A stretch of DNA of 64,000 nucleotides from Eledone cirrhosa (Eukaryota). The stretch is from assembly GCA_964016885.1 (NCBI GenBank), contig OZ024743.1, positions 111,972,001 through 112,036,000 of the forward strand, written 5' to 3'. A program made the translations under genes and the position numbers. This document shows, in pieces, positions 1 to 15,705 of this stretch (position 1 is the first letter of the stretch; every line of letters starts with the position of its first letter). The notes under the pieces are model-generated. The model ran no database searches and was not told the DNA's origin. It saw nothing but the letters and a program-made list of their open reading frames with translations.

Positions 1-810
1 TCTTGCAAGCAGTAATCTCGTGGTATTTTCCCAGATATTATTTTTTGTAAATAGGCACAGTAATGAGAGTATTATTAAATCTTTCAGTCCTGCTACGTGG
101 CACCAGGTGTTGACTAATAACCTTTGCGAGTGTATGTGTGTGAGTGTGTCTATGTATACGTTTGTGAGTCTGTGTTAATATATCACGTAATACAGTAATT
201 CGACAAAAACGAAATCGGTAAAATAAGTACCAGATTGACGTAATTAGTACTAGGGTCGATATGATTGACTAAATTAATGAGATGACCTTGCATGACCTCA
301 GTCTAATGATTGAAACCACTAAAAGAAAACACGTTCACCATTAGCGACATCATTTCCTTAGAACATAATTTCAAACCAGATTTATTTATGATATATATAT
401 AAGGGGAAGAGACATATATTTATCATTCGACCTCAGTTCATGATTAGTAACTATTTTATTCACGTTCTTTCTAACACTAACACAGGAGCAGCAATTTGTT
501 GGAAGTGAAACTTCGATTGTATCCATATTTTATATATATCAACGCCGGAAGGGTGAAAGGCAAGGTTAACCTAGGCATGATTTGAACTGAGAACCTTGAA
601 ATTTATAACTAAATACTGCAAGGATTGTGCCCAGCGGTTTAACAATACTGCCAATGCAGCGTTCTGCTACATATTTCATAATAACGAAAGATAAAGATTG
701 ATCTTCGTGGATTTCTACACAATGACTACAGAGAACTAGTATCAAGAACGCATATTATCAGAAGCTCTACTGGCTCAAACTTATGCTTCCTACACTCAAT
801 ATAATAATGA

Positions 811-843
<33 letters not shown>

Positions 844-987
844 AAGAAGAAGAAGAAGAAGAAGAAGAAGAAGAAGAAGAAGAAGAAGAAAGTGGAGGGG
901 GTGGATTTCTTTTAGTAACATAAGAGGGATAGACAGATATATATATATATATACGTATAAAAGGAAGATATATTTGCACATACACAC

Positions 988-1046
<59 letters not shown>

Positions 1047-3197
1047 AGTGTGTATGTATACATAAATACAAATACCATCATATATACGGCATCTTTTAGG
1101 TATGTTAGTATATACGCCAGTATATCTGAAGATTACGTCCACATATTTGTATAAATACACGTATATATCCATGCATGCAGATACACCCTTACATTTATAC
1201 ACACAATTATGTATATTATGTATATTAGAAAGAGAACGGGAAAAGCGCTTCGGGCAATAGCTATGTTTCAATTTTCTATTCTTTCTTCCTTCATCCTTGA
1301 AAATTCTAGCGTCTTTTTCACGCACATGATCTTCACAGACCCTAATATATACATGCATATATGCATGTATACTTACATGCATCCATACTTACCTACATAC
1401 AGACATACATAAATACATACATGCATATTTACATACATACATACATACATACGTATATGCATACATACGTACATGTATATATAAATATATACATATTTAC
1501 ATACATACATGCATAGATACATACATATATACATATAAATATAAATATACACACACCTGTATATGTCCATCGCCTAAACGCATATACACACATCCTATAC
1601 AAAGGGGGTAGTTAAAGAAAAAGAGAAAGAAAGAAAAGGACAGAAATGAGAAGGAGGGAGGGAAGATAGAAAAATGTGATTAGATTTAGCTATCTTTGCT
1701 AATGTATTCCACCGTTCTTGCTAATGATATCGGAAATGTAGACAATAAATACTATTTCATAATCCACATATAAATGTTTCCTTAAATTCCGGTATTAGTG
1801 ATGGCCAATATTGAAATATAAGATTTCAGACATTTACAATAACAATGAAATTATAATAAAGTTGTTAATAACTAAGATATTAACGACACACGACAGCAGC
1901 TGCTACTACGAGGCAGTGAGGGAGACTTAAACAGTCGCTACATCTGCTTGAACAACCGAAAATGCCTGAATCGTCTGGTAAAAGGACACGTACAAAAATG
2001 TTTTCCTAGATTTCGTCTGTATAGATAAAGGCAGCTCGAATGTCCATAATGACTGACCTGAGGCTACACAAAACACTGAAGCAGCAATCAGCTATCTATG
2101 AAGTTTCTATGTGGCCGTTTGACCAACTAGAAATAGGAGTCAGATATCCCCCCAAGTCTTCAAAATCATATTTATTGTTTGATATGGACCAGGCTTTCTT
2201 GCACTTGTGTAAGGATGGATGATAATAGATGGAACAAATATATTCGTAGATATGGAAGTAATATCTTAAGATACGATTTTATAATTGTTGCCACCTTAAA
2301 CTCGGGTATATATACTAACGTAATCATTCAATATGTGCGGAAAACTGGCAGACTCGTTAGGATGTCGGATTGAATGCCTTCCGTTATTCGTTCCGGGGAA
2401 TCTGTGCTCTCTGTGATTCAAAATCTCAAGGTCGAAAAAAAATCCCAATACAGAGGTAGATTCTCTCTCTCTGTCTCTTTGTTTTTTCTTTCCTTCTCTG
2501 GAGGAAATCGACTATATTAAAACATGGAGAGTAGATGATTTCGCCAGATTTAACATAACCCAAAACACATATGTCCCTAGGGTGTCCAGGCGACTCTACA
2601 GAGATTGCTGGATCCGTAGAATCATGTAACAAATCATCTTGGAAGTTACGAATGAAATTTAAACAAAATAGTTAACTGGTAAAAACAAAATTAAGAATAT
2701 GGTAAATATTGAAATAAAATATACTGCAAAAATTTCAAATTAAATAACTGAAATATTCTATATTCTTAAATAACTGTTTCATCATACTAAGTAGAAATTT
2801 TGTTCGCATTTACTTCAAAGCGGTTGCATATTGATTAAGAGGTGAACACGTTCAAATATATCCGTAGCATTTTAGCGTGTTGGTGCATTGAAATATATTA
2901 TTGGTCACCGAGTAAAACTGATTCTCTATTGTATGTATATGAACATATTTTATCAATTTATAGACATACGTCATAAACATGGTTCAATATACATAATTAT
3001 TGAAAGAATATCAAAACTTATCACTGTTTAGATAAAGCTTAATTACCTGCATATTAAATCCCTATACAATTTGTGATTACAGTTTCAGCAAGACCTCGTA
3101 ATCTTTGAGAATTTAATTGAGAGAGAGAAAACATAAGAGAGAAACGGCTTGGTAGAGAAAGGAAGATAGATAGGTTATTATATATATAAGAGAGAGA

Positions 3198-3285
<88 letters not shown>

Positions 3286-3370
3286 TTGTAAAGAGTCTGA
3301 ACCCGACGGCTGAGCTCTTGATGTTTCAACAGCTAGTTCCAGTTTCAAACCGAATCCTTCCTGTTTCCTG

Positions 3371-3735
<365 letters not shown>

Positions 3736-4276
3736 ATAAAAAGATAGATGATTAAAATACTACACGCATATCCAAACAGATAGGGTTAATTGAGAAAATT
3801 CAGCAAACAGCCAAACAACCTGGAAGGAAAACTGCAGCACACAGAAAACTAGGACATTTTGAATGAGTCGATCAAATAGACAATATTCATTGCTTAATTC
3901 ATGTTTTACTAAATACCATGCAAATGTAGTAAGGCAAGTTAAAATATCATGACATATGAAGAAAAATGGTCGTGCTAATTTTGCTGAAATGAATGTCGTT
4001 TTAATGTAATGGAGTAGGGCAATGTATTAGCAAATGCTTCGTGTCAGACGAAAGGCTTGCCAGTGTATGTTCTTGTTCGTGATGCTCTCAGTTTAAAACC
4101 CGCTATGACCAATTTTCATTTCACCATTCCAAGGTGGATGAATTGAAGTACCAGTGAAAATTGTGTATCGATATAATCAATTTACCCATTACCCAAAATT
4201 TTCTGTGTGTTTGTGTGGCCTTATTTAGAAACAATTATTGTAGACAGTATCTGCGGAAAGTCGGACAAAATGTTTT

Positions 4277-4278
<2 letters not shown>

Positions 4279-4307
<29 letters not shown>

Positions 4308-4363
4308 AAGTATCAGAAGTAGTAGTAGTATCAGAAGTAGTAGTAGTAGTAGCAGCAGCAGTA

Positions 4364-4409
<46 letters not shown>

Positions 4410-4437
4410 TAGTAGCAGCAGCAGCAGCAACAGCAGC

Positions 4438-4478
<41 letters not shown>

Positions 4479-4479
4479 C

Positions 4480-4553
<74 letters not shown>
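4279..4553. repeat. (TAG)n/(CAG)n trinucleotide microsatellite
   Basis: Read directly; explains the poly-L/Y/C ORFs. Confidence 0.97.
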
Positions 4554-5045
4554 AGGATGCTAATATTTAAAAATTCCACACATTGGTCATGTCATATATT
4601 GTTTTTTTCAGCAGTAAGACTCATTAATTTTCAACAATTCTACTACGACCTCTTCACGCCAAATATACGATGATAGACATCCACATCTGCGTCTTGATTT
4701 AAATACATTTTAATCTCATGAAAATATGTTTCAGTAATATTTCTCTAGTTCTTCTATGAAACTAGAAACACGTTTCATTCGGTGGCAGACACTGGACAAA
4801 GGCATATCCTTTTCTTCTCCTGTTTATTTATTTATTTGTTTATTTATTTATATGCTTATTCATATGTTTATTTATTCATTTTATTTTATTTGTTTATTCA
4901 TTCTATCTACAGCATTGCAGTTTTAAGCTGCTGTATAATAGAATATAAAAACATTTAGTTAATTAAAAAAAATACTTTAAGCGAGTTATATTTAAATTAC
5001 GTATTTGCATAATCTCACTTCCCCGCAAACATTGGTGAAATTGTG

Positions 5046-5094
<49 letters not shown>

Positions 5095-5125
5095 GAACAC
5101 AATTGTGTGTATCCTTATGAGAGTT

Positions 5126-5161
<36 letters not shown>

Positions 5162-7731
5162 TACCAACTCTCATAGGCATACACACAAACCCACATACAA
5201 ACACACATCCGCAGACACTCGCACATATTATAGAACATTCCTGATGATTTCATACGAATGAATTGGTTCTAGTCCTGTATGAGTAATCTTTATATCAAAT
5301 AAAGATGTCTATCCTCTACCAACATATTTTGTATTTTTTTAACTCATGTCACTTCCTGTATGTCTACCCATTTTGGGAGATTCTCGATGTGAAATCTTAT
5401 GCTGAAACAGATATTTTTATATCTTCGGAGGTCCATTTTGACAATAAAAACACACGAACCAGTTACATTTCACTTCAGTTTTATTATTAATAATTTGAAT
5501 GATCTCACTTTCGGTTAATTTAGGAAACGAATGGCTATTTAATTTTAATACTTAATTTTCATATCTCTTTCATTACTCATTGCCATTCTCCACTGTCTCC
5601 TCTTCATTTTGCTTTTGTTAGATAAAAGCAAAATGTAGTAAATGCAACCAATTTCTCTTGATAATCATTATTAAAAGTGTTTTATGGAGAGCATTGTAAA
5701 ACAAGACACCAGCTTCCAATGAAGTGATACGTGCTGCTCATCAGTTGAAGCAATATTAATTTCTGATTTATTCTCAAGGCCAGCAAATTTAGGTGAAGTG
5801 CAATATTGGTTATATCAACATCAGTACTGGACTGGTATTTCATTTTGTCGACCAAAAAAGGACAAAAAGGGAACGGGAAATCGACGGGATTTGAATTAAG
5901 AATGTAAGGAACTTGATCAAATTCATCTATGCACTTTGTCCACTGCTCTAAAAATTCTGCCAATACATCTCCCTCAGGTGAATCAATATCATTTCTTACA
6001 TAACGCTTTGGACTCTGAAAATATCATGATTTTCTCCTTTTAAAAATTTTACATTTCGTTTTTGTTAAAAACATAGGAAATTCTTAATTACATATTGTAA
6101 AACACAAAAGAAAAAAACATCATTTTATTACGAAACCATTTATAAATTGATGATACATTAAATCTAAGAATATTAATTCGTTGAAGTAGATGCTGTACTT
6201 AGCAGAGCGTTGGTCCTGCAATTCTCATTATGATTTGAATTTTGAATTATACAGTTACTGAAGTGTTTGTTCGATAAATTAACAATTTAAATAATTGTTA
6301 TTTTTTGCTGAGGCATTCTGCCTGCAATGGCTAAATTAATCATGATGTATTGGATAGAGTGGGTGAACTATTTTCATCATTACTAGAAAAAATCTAAGTC
6401 ACTACTAATATCAAAGCGCAACATCTGAACTATAGGTCATACTAGTGGCTATTCCATTTACCATAGTTTAAAGCAGTCAATGAGAAACTGCGGTCTACAA
6501 GCCTACTTTCAAACAACCTTAAATACTTTTTAGTAATGCGGCCTACTTTATGATGAACCAAGATTCCTGTGGCCCGAAAAGGTTTGCCCATGCATGAATT
6601 AATGCGAATTATTTAAACTTACAAATCCCATGACCAGCAAAAATCAGTAAATATATTAACAATGTCAGTGGTTTAATAAAATCGATAGAACGACAAACAT
6701 AATCTCTTGCGTTATTTGATAACGGCTCTTTACTCTTTAGTTGTAATTGGTCTGTTGTCAAATTTTCACTCATCGTTCCCGGTTCAGGAAACATCAGTGA
6801 TGTATTTGGGTTAGTCTAACATACTATATTTACCCACTCTGATATATAGTAAGATGCTTATAATATAAATCAAATATAATGTAACATCAAAGAATGGTGT
6901 ACTACCAGAATTGGTTGTGCGTCGGATAAAATGATATTGCGAGTACATTTAACTACCTCAAATAATTTGACTGCAGCGTCAACTTCGATGTAATATTATA
7001 AAATACTTCAGCAATGATCTCTCGCGCTCACTATCTCTCACTATTATAAACAAATGGGGGCCCACGCGTTAGCCGCCCGTTGGATATGGTGGACAGGATA
7101 AAGAAGGCATTTCCCAGGAAGATCCCGAGGGAGACGCGTTGGAAGTTTATTTAGTCTTTTACATACTATGATTAAATCCTGCCAAAGACAAATTTTGCCT
7201 TTCACGATTCCGTGGTCGAAAATCATAAAATACCAGTCAAGTACGAGGTTTAATTTAAGCAACTGTGCTTTCCCCTAATTGGGTGGTCTTGTATTACTTT
7301 AGAAATCAATATCAATGTATTAATTACGGATCTGATATTCGAACTCCAATCTGCCCGCTCGAAGAATTGTTAGGTTTATCACTAGGCCATTTCCATGGTG
7401 ACCAATTCTGCGGTATCATTACACAAACACTTAGAAAGATGTTTGATTTTCAAGTAGAACTTAATTAGGCAATGTCGCACATGGTAATTTATCATAAACT
7501 TCACACATAATAGAATTAGTCGTTCTGAATGGTTTGATTTAATAAATACTTCAATACATTTTATAGTTTTAAATTGAATTGCTTACTTTATTATTCATTC
7601 AGGTCATATGTGAGCCGCCGACAGATTTATGTACATAATATGACATATAATAAACAAACGTACAGTCTAATCTCTGTTATAAACAGATAAATATGCATAC
7701 AAACACAGACACACACACATCTCTCTCTATC

Positions 7732-7790
<59 letters not shown>

Positions 7791-7802
7791 CTCTCTCTCG
7801 CC

Positions 7803-7850
<48 letters not shown>

Positions 7851-9028
7851 AGATATATATATATACATTCTCATACAGGCACACTTATTTACACACATAT
7901 ATATATATGTATATATATGTGTGTATATATGTATATATATATATATACATATATAAATATATATAAAATATATATATATATATATAGTAATAATAATAAA
8001 TTTGAAGACTAAAATCCAAAGAGAGCTCGATAAGGATAAATATACATCAAATATATAAGAACCGTAGTGCAAATATTTATTAAAATAACAGATTAAAGTT
8101 TAAGCAAAGAATCGCTGCTTCTGAAACTAACAAAGTCAATCTGTAAACGCAGAAGTGGATATTTCAAAAAACGTTTCAACCGGAGAAAGACAGGAAGACG
8201 ATACTTTGGTTCGTAGAAACGTTCCCTGGAAAAGAACGGAAAAAACCCCGAATATAATACGTCATTAATAGGAGCGGTGAAAAACAATTACACGCAAAGA
8301 CAGGACCACGTTCATGGTATAAAAGAAGTCGTAGAGACGTTTTCTGGCAATGAACGAAAAAAGCGAAGATAATACGTCATATGTGGAGAACAATTGCACG
8401 CAAAGACAAAATCACGTAAATGGTATAGCTGAAGTCGTAGACTAAAATTCTAACTAGGAAACTGAATGATTCTCCGCTTCAGAATTAAGAATAAAGTAAA
8501 TAAAATACAATACAGCGGTAATTGAAATGAAATAAATACATACACGCGTCCAAATACGTACATACACAAGCATACGCGAAAACACTCGCCATAGGTATAC
8601 AAAACCACGCACATATAAATATGTGTGTGTGGTGTATACAAATAAATAAATAATTAAATAAACGTATATAAATAAATAAATGCGTATATAACAAGCGAAC
8701 ACACATACCTACATGTAAATACACAAATGTTCGGAGACCTACGTCAACCAAAACATGAAGTACACATACACACACCCAACATACGTACGAACCCGCATAC
8801 TCACACAGACGCAAAACTCCCGTATACACATAATCAAAAGCATATGTACCAGAATATCTACAAATATACGCCATAACATATACAATCAAATATACGTACG
8901 AGAAAGTATACGTACCTTCACAAAACATACAGGTAATATATACTTACCTATGCAAATAAGTAATGGTATAAACATAACATATACTTAGCTACCACATCAA
9001 GACGTAAAATATCCACGTATAGATCGTA

Positions 9029-9640
9029 CTATCCGTTAGGGTATAATGTGGGGCCGTAATACAGGAAAGTGTTGTGCAATTTATGATTACAAGCCGAAAT
9101 TACCTCAGATTTTTTGTTTAAGATGTGGTCTGTGGCGTAGAGTATTTCAAGTGCCTCAGCGGCGCAGAGATCACATAGTCTTTTATTTCCGTTAGACGAT
9201 CTAGCCCTAGCTAGGATCTCCCAGTGTAACTTATATTGGGTGTGGTTGTCTTTTAGACTCCAGATATAAGCTGAAAGTGACGTCATATTCCTTCTTAGAG
9301 GGTAACGAAAAGAATGGGTATGCATGTAAAGAAGCTGCTTGAATCTATTGGCGGTTAGCCCTATGTAGGCCCTACGGGACGTGGGTGTTTCAACCTTACA
9401 ATTGTAAACAATGTTACTAGAGGGGCATTTCCCGGATAGGGGGCAATCAACCTGATTCCTACAATTACAGTTAGTACTAACTACAGGGTTGCACGTGTTC
9501 CTACGGCTAGGTAATTTAGCTAAATTTGAAGCTGTGATGTCATGTGCAAGGTTAGGAGTCGTAGAGTAAGAAATGTTAATAGTATTTCTATTAAAAACTT
9601 TACTATATTTATGTGCAGGGGGAAAATGGTTCGTAACAAG
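9029..9640 (-). mobile_element. Penelope-like element 3' fragment (GIY-YIG endonuclease), Naiad-like, 5'-truncated at a (TA)n tract
   Basis: Translation ISYSTTPN...CNCRNQVDCPLSGKC..NIVYNC..AYIGLT..FK..LSAYIWSLK..W..CDLCAAE..LNKKSE..CNH; homologous to 36822-37480 and 41961-42380. Confidence 0.88.
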
Positions 9641-9660
9641 GGATATATATATATACATAC

Positions 9661-9807
<147 letters not shown>

Positions 9808-11045
9808 TCGGCGTAAGATGCGCTGCACTATGAGACAAGTTATGAAAGTCGATACACAGAACCACTTCTTATCAGAACGGAAGGAGAGATGACAAAATCT
9901 TAGCATTCCCTTCTCATTGGGAAAATATTGTGCCACTGGAATTGTCCAAATATCGATTGATGTACAGTATGACAGCAAATGGAGTTTACTGTATATCTCG
10001 GTCTCCTCTATATTTCTATTTCATTTATTTCTCACTCTATCTTCTGATGGAAGATTAATACCCGAATTGTTAAGACTATTTTCCTAATATATTCTGTGAT
10101 AAAATGTTATTGAGGGGAGAAACAACAAAATAAATATTATCACAATTCCGTACAACCATAGTTAAAAGATTAAACGTACAAACTAATGGATATACTCTAC
10201 CTACTGTTCGTTTGTTACGCATATATCAAACTTAAATATGGAACGAAATCGAAGAAATTATCGGAGCTATTTTTTTGTAATAGATGTTATGAAGATCTAT
10301 AACTTTATGCACCAAACTCGAAACGAGAAACTCTATAAACGAGAAATTCCCTTGGGCCTCCTACTTAATCCCTTACACTCAAGCAACAGAACCAATTTGC
10401 CATTCTTACTGAAATCAATCCGGTAGGGTTCTATGGTTCTATATTAAAAATAATAACATGGCTTTAACTCATTAGCTCTAATATATATTTAATTTATGAT
10501 ATTGAACTCGATTTTCGTATCACATGAAGATGGGAGAACCGTATTAATCTATATAACATCTAACAATCAATAGGCAAATAAGTATAATCGATAATATGAA
10601 TTTGAAAACGAAACGAACAATTCATCATTTTAATTGAATTATTTAACACACCTATTTGTCTTACTTTACAAGACACTTATTAAATTATGTTAACACGTCG
10701 TTCGAATGCCCTACTATATATCGAATCAAGCTAATATGATCTACGCTATATTTTGTATGTAAAATTTTTGAAGTTATTTGATATCTGGCGTTTCCAATTT
10801 TCAGTTATTGTATAATTCAACTGGTGTTTTATTAAGAATGATTGTTGTATTGTGTGTGCACTGTGCTGATTAAATAGCTATTTCGTTTCTAAGCTCACGC
10901 AATAAGATTTATATTCTAACTACTTTCCCGTAATTATAGACCGCATAGTAAGAACTATATATAGTACTTTATTTGCGATTGAGTTATATTTAAATTATGT
11001 ATTAGCATAATCTCACTTCCCGCAAACTTTGATGGAATTGTGTTC

Positions 11046-11120
<75 letters not shown>

Positions 11121-11123
<3 letters not shown>

Positions 11124-11320
11124 CATCACCACTCCGAGGATCAGATTGATACTGGAGTCGGGACTATACCTCCTATCGGTAACCTTGAGCCAATCCTCTG
11201 CCAAACACACGTAACAGGTCGATATGCAATAAATATTTTTCATGTGTAAACGAAACAATAAGAGCATCGAGTGCTCAACCGGCATACCGCTTACGGATGC
11301 TTTAAGCATCCCACACCAAT
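11121..11320 (+). mobile_element. Short element with a degenerate long-helix-II hammerhead, inserted in (TA)n
   Basis: CCGAGGA..gatactggagtcggg..ccttgagc..CAAA-cacacg-TA. Its tail gagtgctcaaccggcataccgc is shared with 47139-47160. Confidence 0.55.
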
Positions 11321-11825
11321 TATGTATATACCAACTCTGATAGGCATATAAACTCCTACATAAAAATAAATATGCGCAGAATTAGCCAGTCCAATAGCCT
11401 TTTACCATGACCCGTAACAATGCAAAATTCAAAATGAATATTGAACATGTTTAACATTAAGCCAAATTTTAAAGACGAGGGAAATAAAAACTATTTTCCT
11501 ATATTATCCCAAGCAGAATAACAACAATCCAACTATTATTTAGTAAAAGATAAAATATTTGCCACTAAATATCAATAACATCTACGTTTTGAGTTTTTAT
11601 GAATCATATGGAATAAGTGGCAGACTGAGTCTAAAATATTGGTTACCAGGAAATGAAGGGGGCCCACCTACATATAGAATGCTATCATTTAATGTTTATA
11701 TTTAATAAATAACATTTTCGAAAAATACATAAGTGGAAACAAAACACTGCAATCAAATTTTTACGGAAAAATATCTTACCTTCTCCAATAAAAATAGTAT
11801 GCATTTTGCAAAATCCAGAGACTTT

Positions 11826-12300
11826 CAATAATGACCAGAAGTCGACCCTACGTATTACTAATCGCTCTAGGAAAGCCATGAACGAGACTACATCTTTTTA
11901 ACTTTGATATTGAAAGTAGGTTTATAATCATCAATTTTAATTATACTTTGTATCTGTCTCGGTGGCCTAGTTGAAGGAATCGTAGACGGTGGTGATCCTT
12001 GTCTGAAGTTCGATCCTGGTCGAGAGTATTGTTCCCTGTAAACCTTTTCAGTTTTTTTCTATTGGTTGTAAAATAAAAACTGAAAAAGATTATATGTACC
12101 TCTTGACCAGGATTGAGCCCAAGTGCAGGATCTCCACCGTCTCTAGTACCTACCGCAAGGACACAGAAACAACTACGAAAATCTTGTGAAAATTCATTAT
12201 TATAAACCTACTTTCAAAATATTCAAAACTAAGTGTTGTGGTGTCGTTCATGTCTTTCTTAATGTTATTACTCCTACTTAAGGTCGACTTCTAAATTATT
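11826..12300. mobile_element. Old palindromic (MITE-like) element with tRNA-like segments in both arms
   Basis: agaagtcgacc..gaaagtaggtttataat..agacggtgg..gatcctggtcgagag is mirrored by ctcttgaccaggat..ccaccgtct..attataaacctactttc..ggtcgacttct. A-box-like ggtggcctagttg and B-box-like gttcgatcc at ~11960-12020. Confidence 0.65.
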
Positions 12301-12790
12301 TGGGTGTTCCATAAACTACATCTTCGTTTTGTTTCTCATCTAACTAGACTACATTTTAACCTGTAATCCATGTTTCATTTCTGTTCCAACTCATTTCTCC
12401 CCCTTCACCCTCTCTCTCTATCTCTCTCTCTATATATATGTCTCTCTTTCTACCTGTGATATTTGAATCTACTATGATTTGGGCTTACCTTATTCCTACA
12501 TAATATATGTTTTTGCATGTCAGTTAATTCAAACTTACAATGGTTGGCATTATATATATATGTGAATATTTGACGGTTAAGTATCTCTTCTTGATTTTAT
12601 TTTGAGTTAAGATTCTATTGATTTTTTCCCCAGTTTACACAAAGTCTGAGGATGAAATTTTTCTTCTTGACTTGTTTTGATTTAAGATTGAATTATTTAT
12701 CCCATATAAATATTTTTCATCTTGATGTTATACTCACTTATATGTCTGAATTATTGTCGGCTCTTTGCTTACATTAATTTCTCTATTTAC

Positions 12791-12834
<44 letters not shown>

Positions 12835-12870
12835 AATAAAATAAAATAAATAAGTCAAATGTTTAAAATT

Positions 12871-12923
12871 TGCTATATATATTTCGGTGACAGCCATCTT
12901 TGGCTGTGACCTCTTCAGGCAGT
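12871..12923 (-). ncRNA. Type I hammerhead ribozyme (mirror copy; helix I shortened by a deletion)
   Basis: Minus strand: actgc-CTGAAGA-ggtcacagcca aaga tggctgtcacc-GAAA-tatata-TA-gca. Confidence 0.75.
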
Positions 12924-13153
12924 CCGAATTAATGTGGTAGAGACGAGTACACATGTTGTTGAGATGTTTAACTTTGTCAATACTCTGATATGCCCAGTTC
13001 CTGGTTGGGTTGTTATTTCACTGAGGAACTGGGATCATATGATTCCAGTTCCTCAGTGAAATAACAACCCAACCAGGAACTGGGCATATCAGAGTATTGA
13101 CAAAGTTAAACACCTCAACAACATGTGTACTCGTCTCTACCACACTAATTCGA

Positions 13154-13208
13154 ACTGCCTGAAGAGGTCACAGCCAAAGATGGCTGTCACTGAAATATAT
13201 ATAGCAGT
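13154..13208 (+). ncRNA. Type I hammerhead ribozyme
   Basis: actgc-CTGAAGA-ggtcacagcca aaga tggctgtcact-GAAA-tatata-TA-gcagt. Confidence 0.88.
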
Positions 13209-13351
13209 AATAAACGAAGCCAAATTTTAAACATTTGACTTATTTAATTTATTTTATTTTATATTACACCGGAGTAACCAACCCAACCTGCGCATATCGT
13301 CGAGTGCTCCAATCTGCATACTGAGGTGTTGGTAAACAACCAACATATACT

Positions 13352-13399
<48 letters not shown>

Positions 13400-13836
13400 C
13401 TATCATTAAATGTTTATAATGAACAAATAACATGTTTAAAAAATACATAAGTGGAAACAAAACAGTGCGATCATTTTTTTGCGGGAAAATATCTTACCTT
13501 CTCCAATAAAAAATATTAAGCATTTTGCGAAATCCAGAGACTTTCAATAATGGCCTTTGGTATTTCACACTCACTCAATATATATACATATAATATATAT
13601 GTATATATGTGTGTGTTTGTGTGTGTGTGTGTTCGTGTTTGTGTGTGTGTATGGGGTAGGGGTGTATATATATATATACACCACCTTCACCACTAATTAA
13701 TTTGACAGATGTCTTTAACCCATTGATACCAAATATTATTTGGTCAGTAGTTGGAGTGTAATTATATAAATATATATATATTATAATTATAATATAACAG
13801 GAGGTTGGACTGGTGTAATTCCTTAAAAAGTTTATT

Positions 13837-13894
13837 ATACTATGATCATTTCAATGACCGGGTTCAGTATGAATCCGGTGACGTCATCAGGTAT
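13837..13894 (-). ncRNA. Type I hammerhead ribozyme
   Basis: Minus strand: atac-CTGATGA-cgtcaccgg attca tac tgaac ccggtcatt-GAAA-tgatca-TA-gtat. Confidence 0.82.
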
Positions 13895-15647
13895 TCGAAA
13901 TATAACAAAGGAATATAATAGACAAAATACATGGTGCTGAAAAATCAGAGACGTGAGGGCGACCGAACATTTAGCAGCTTCTATCCCGGTCGGCCACCCT
14001 CACGTGGTGATTATTAAGCCTACTTATGTCCATCTCGTAAAGGGGTGTAGGCTTATAGTGTACTACCCGTCAAAGACAGAGGCCAACGTTGAGATCAGGT
14101 TACAATCAAGCTGGTCATGAGTGCTAGAATGTACCGCGAAAATATTTTTTCAAAGGACATATATCTTTAACAAAGCTATGTATCGTAACATATAGTGGGT
14201 GTCTGCATGGTATAATGTATGGACAGAAATTTCGATTAACAATTAGAAACGTTAAATTTATGTTTAGGTTTAGAAGATGCCATTTCAGATGATATTAGAA
14301 AAATAAGGTTTAGGTTTAAAGTTGTGAGAGTTAGTTAAAGAACTTACAGAGGGAGGCTTTTATGAAAAGGTTTAAGTGTATTATAGAGTTACGATAACAT
14401 TTCAGGGTGGAATATAGAGTAATGATTAAGCCCATGCTTAGCAGACAATAACCAGTGACGTAGCGGACCCCGGCCAGCCCGGGGCCTAACGGCGCGTCAG
14501 CCGTTCCGAGTATTATCGTCTAGCGAAAGAAATGGAAATGTATTGTTCCGAGCACTCCAGGAATGTTAACTGTCTTAAGCGTAGGGTGTGCTAGTGGGAA
14601 GTCCGCCACCGTCGGCTGGCTATCGTATATACCAAACGATTACTAGTTACTCATACTGGTGGGTGATTTAGTTAAGTGCTAGTAGAAGGATGCATGATAA
14701 AGTTAAATGTTATGATTAAGCCTAGAATTTAAAGGTAATTTGACGGTCAATAACCGGTGGCGCGGCGGGTTCTATGTCTGACAGGGCTCCAGGGCGAATC
14801 AGCCGTTCCGAGTATTATCGTTTACCGAAAGAAGGGGAAATTTATTTTCCAAGCACTCTAGGAAGGCTGATCGACCCGAGCACTTAACTAAATCCCCCAC
14901 CAGTGTGAATAACTAGTAATCGTTTCATATATACGATAGCCAGCCGACGGTAGCAGACTTCCCGCGAACACACCCGACGCTTAAGACAGTTAACATTCCT
15001 GGAGTGCTCGGAAAAATAAATTTCTATTTCTTTCGCTAGACGATAATACTCGGAACTGCTGACAGGCCGTTGGTCCGCTACGACGCTGGTAATTGACCGC
15101 TAAGCATGGGCTTAATCTTTACTCTATATTCAACCCTGAAATTTTATCGTGACTATCTATAATAAACTTAAACTTTTTCATAAAAGCCTCCCTCGGTAAA
15201 TTCTTTAACTAACTCTCAGAACTTTAAACTTAACCTTATTTTTCTAATTTCATCTGAAATGGCATTTTCTAACTCTAAACATTAATTTAACGTTTCTAAT
15301 TGTTAATCGTAATTTTTGTCCATACATTATACCATGCAACGCCCACTATATATTACTATATATAGCTTTGTTAAAGATATATGTTCTTTGAAAAAATATT
15401 TTTCGCAGCACTTTCTCATGACCAGCTTGATAGTAACCTGATCCCAACGCTGGCCTCTGTCTTTGACGGGATGGTAGTAGTACATTATAGTCCTACGCCC
15501 CTTCACCAGATGGACATAAGTAGGCTTAATACTCACCACTTGAGGGCGGCCGTCCGGGGTAGAAGAAGCTAAATGTTCGGCCGCCCTCATGTCTCTGATT
15601 TTCAGCACCATGGATTTTGTCTATTATATTCCTTTGTTATATTTCGA

Positions 15648-15705
15648 ATACCTGATGATGTCACCGGATTCATACTGAACACGGTAATTGAAATTATCAT
15701 AGAAA
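15648..15705 (+). ncRNA. Hammerhead ribozyme, degenerate mirror copy
   Basis: atac-CTGATGA-tgtcaccgg..acggtaatt-GAAA-ttatca-TA; the helix I 3' strand is disrupted by a duplicated gaaattatcata. Confidence 0.6.

Larger units (their letters stand above)
12840..13258. repeat. Near-perfect fold-back palindrome (~190-bp arms) with a hammerhead in each arm
   Basis: 12850-13031 is the reverse complement of 13044-13245; centre gatcatatgatt; flanked by (TA)n. Confidence 0.95.

Noticed and set aside
767-1570. YI/SL/CV/HT-repeat ORFs here and throughout the window
   Set aside because: Dinucleotide and trinucleotide repeat artefacts.
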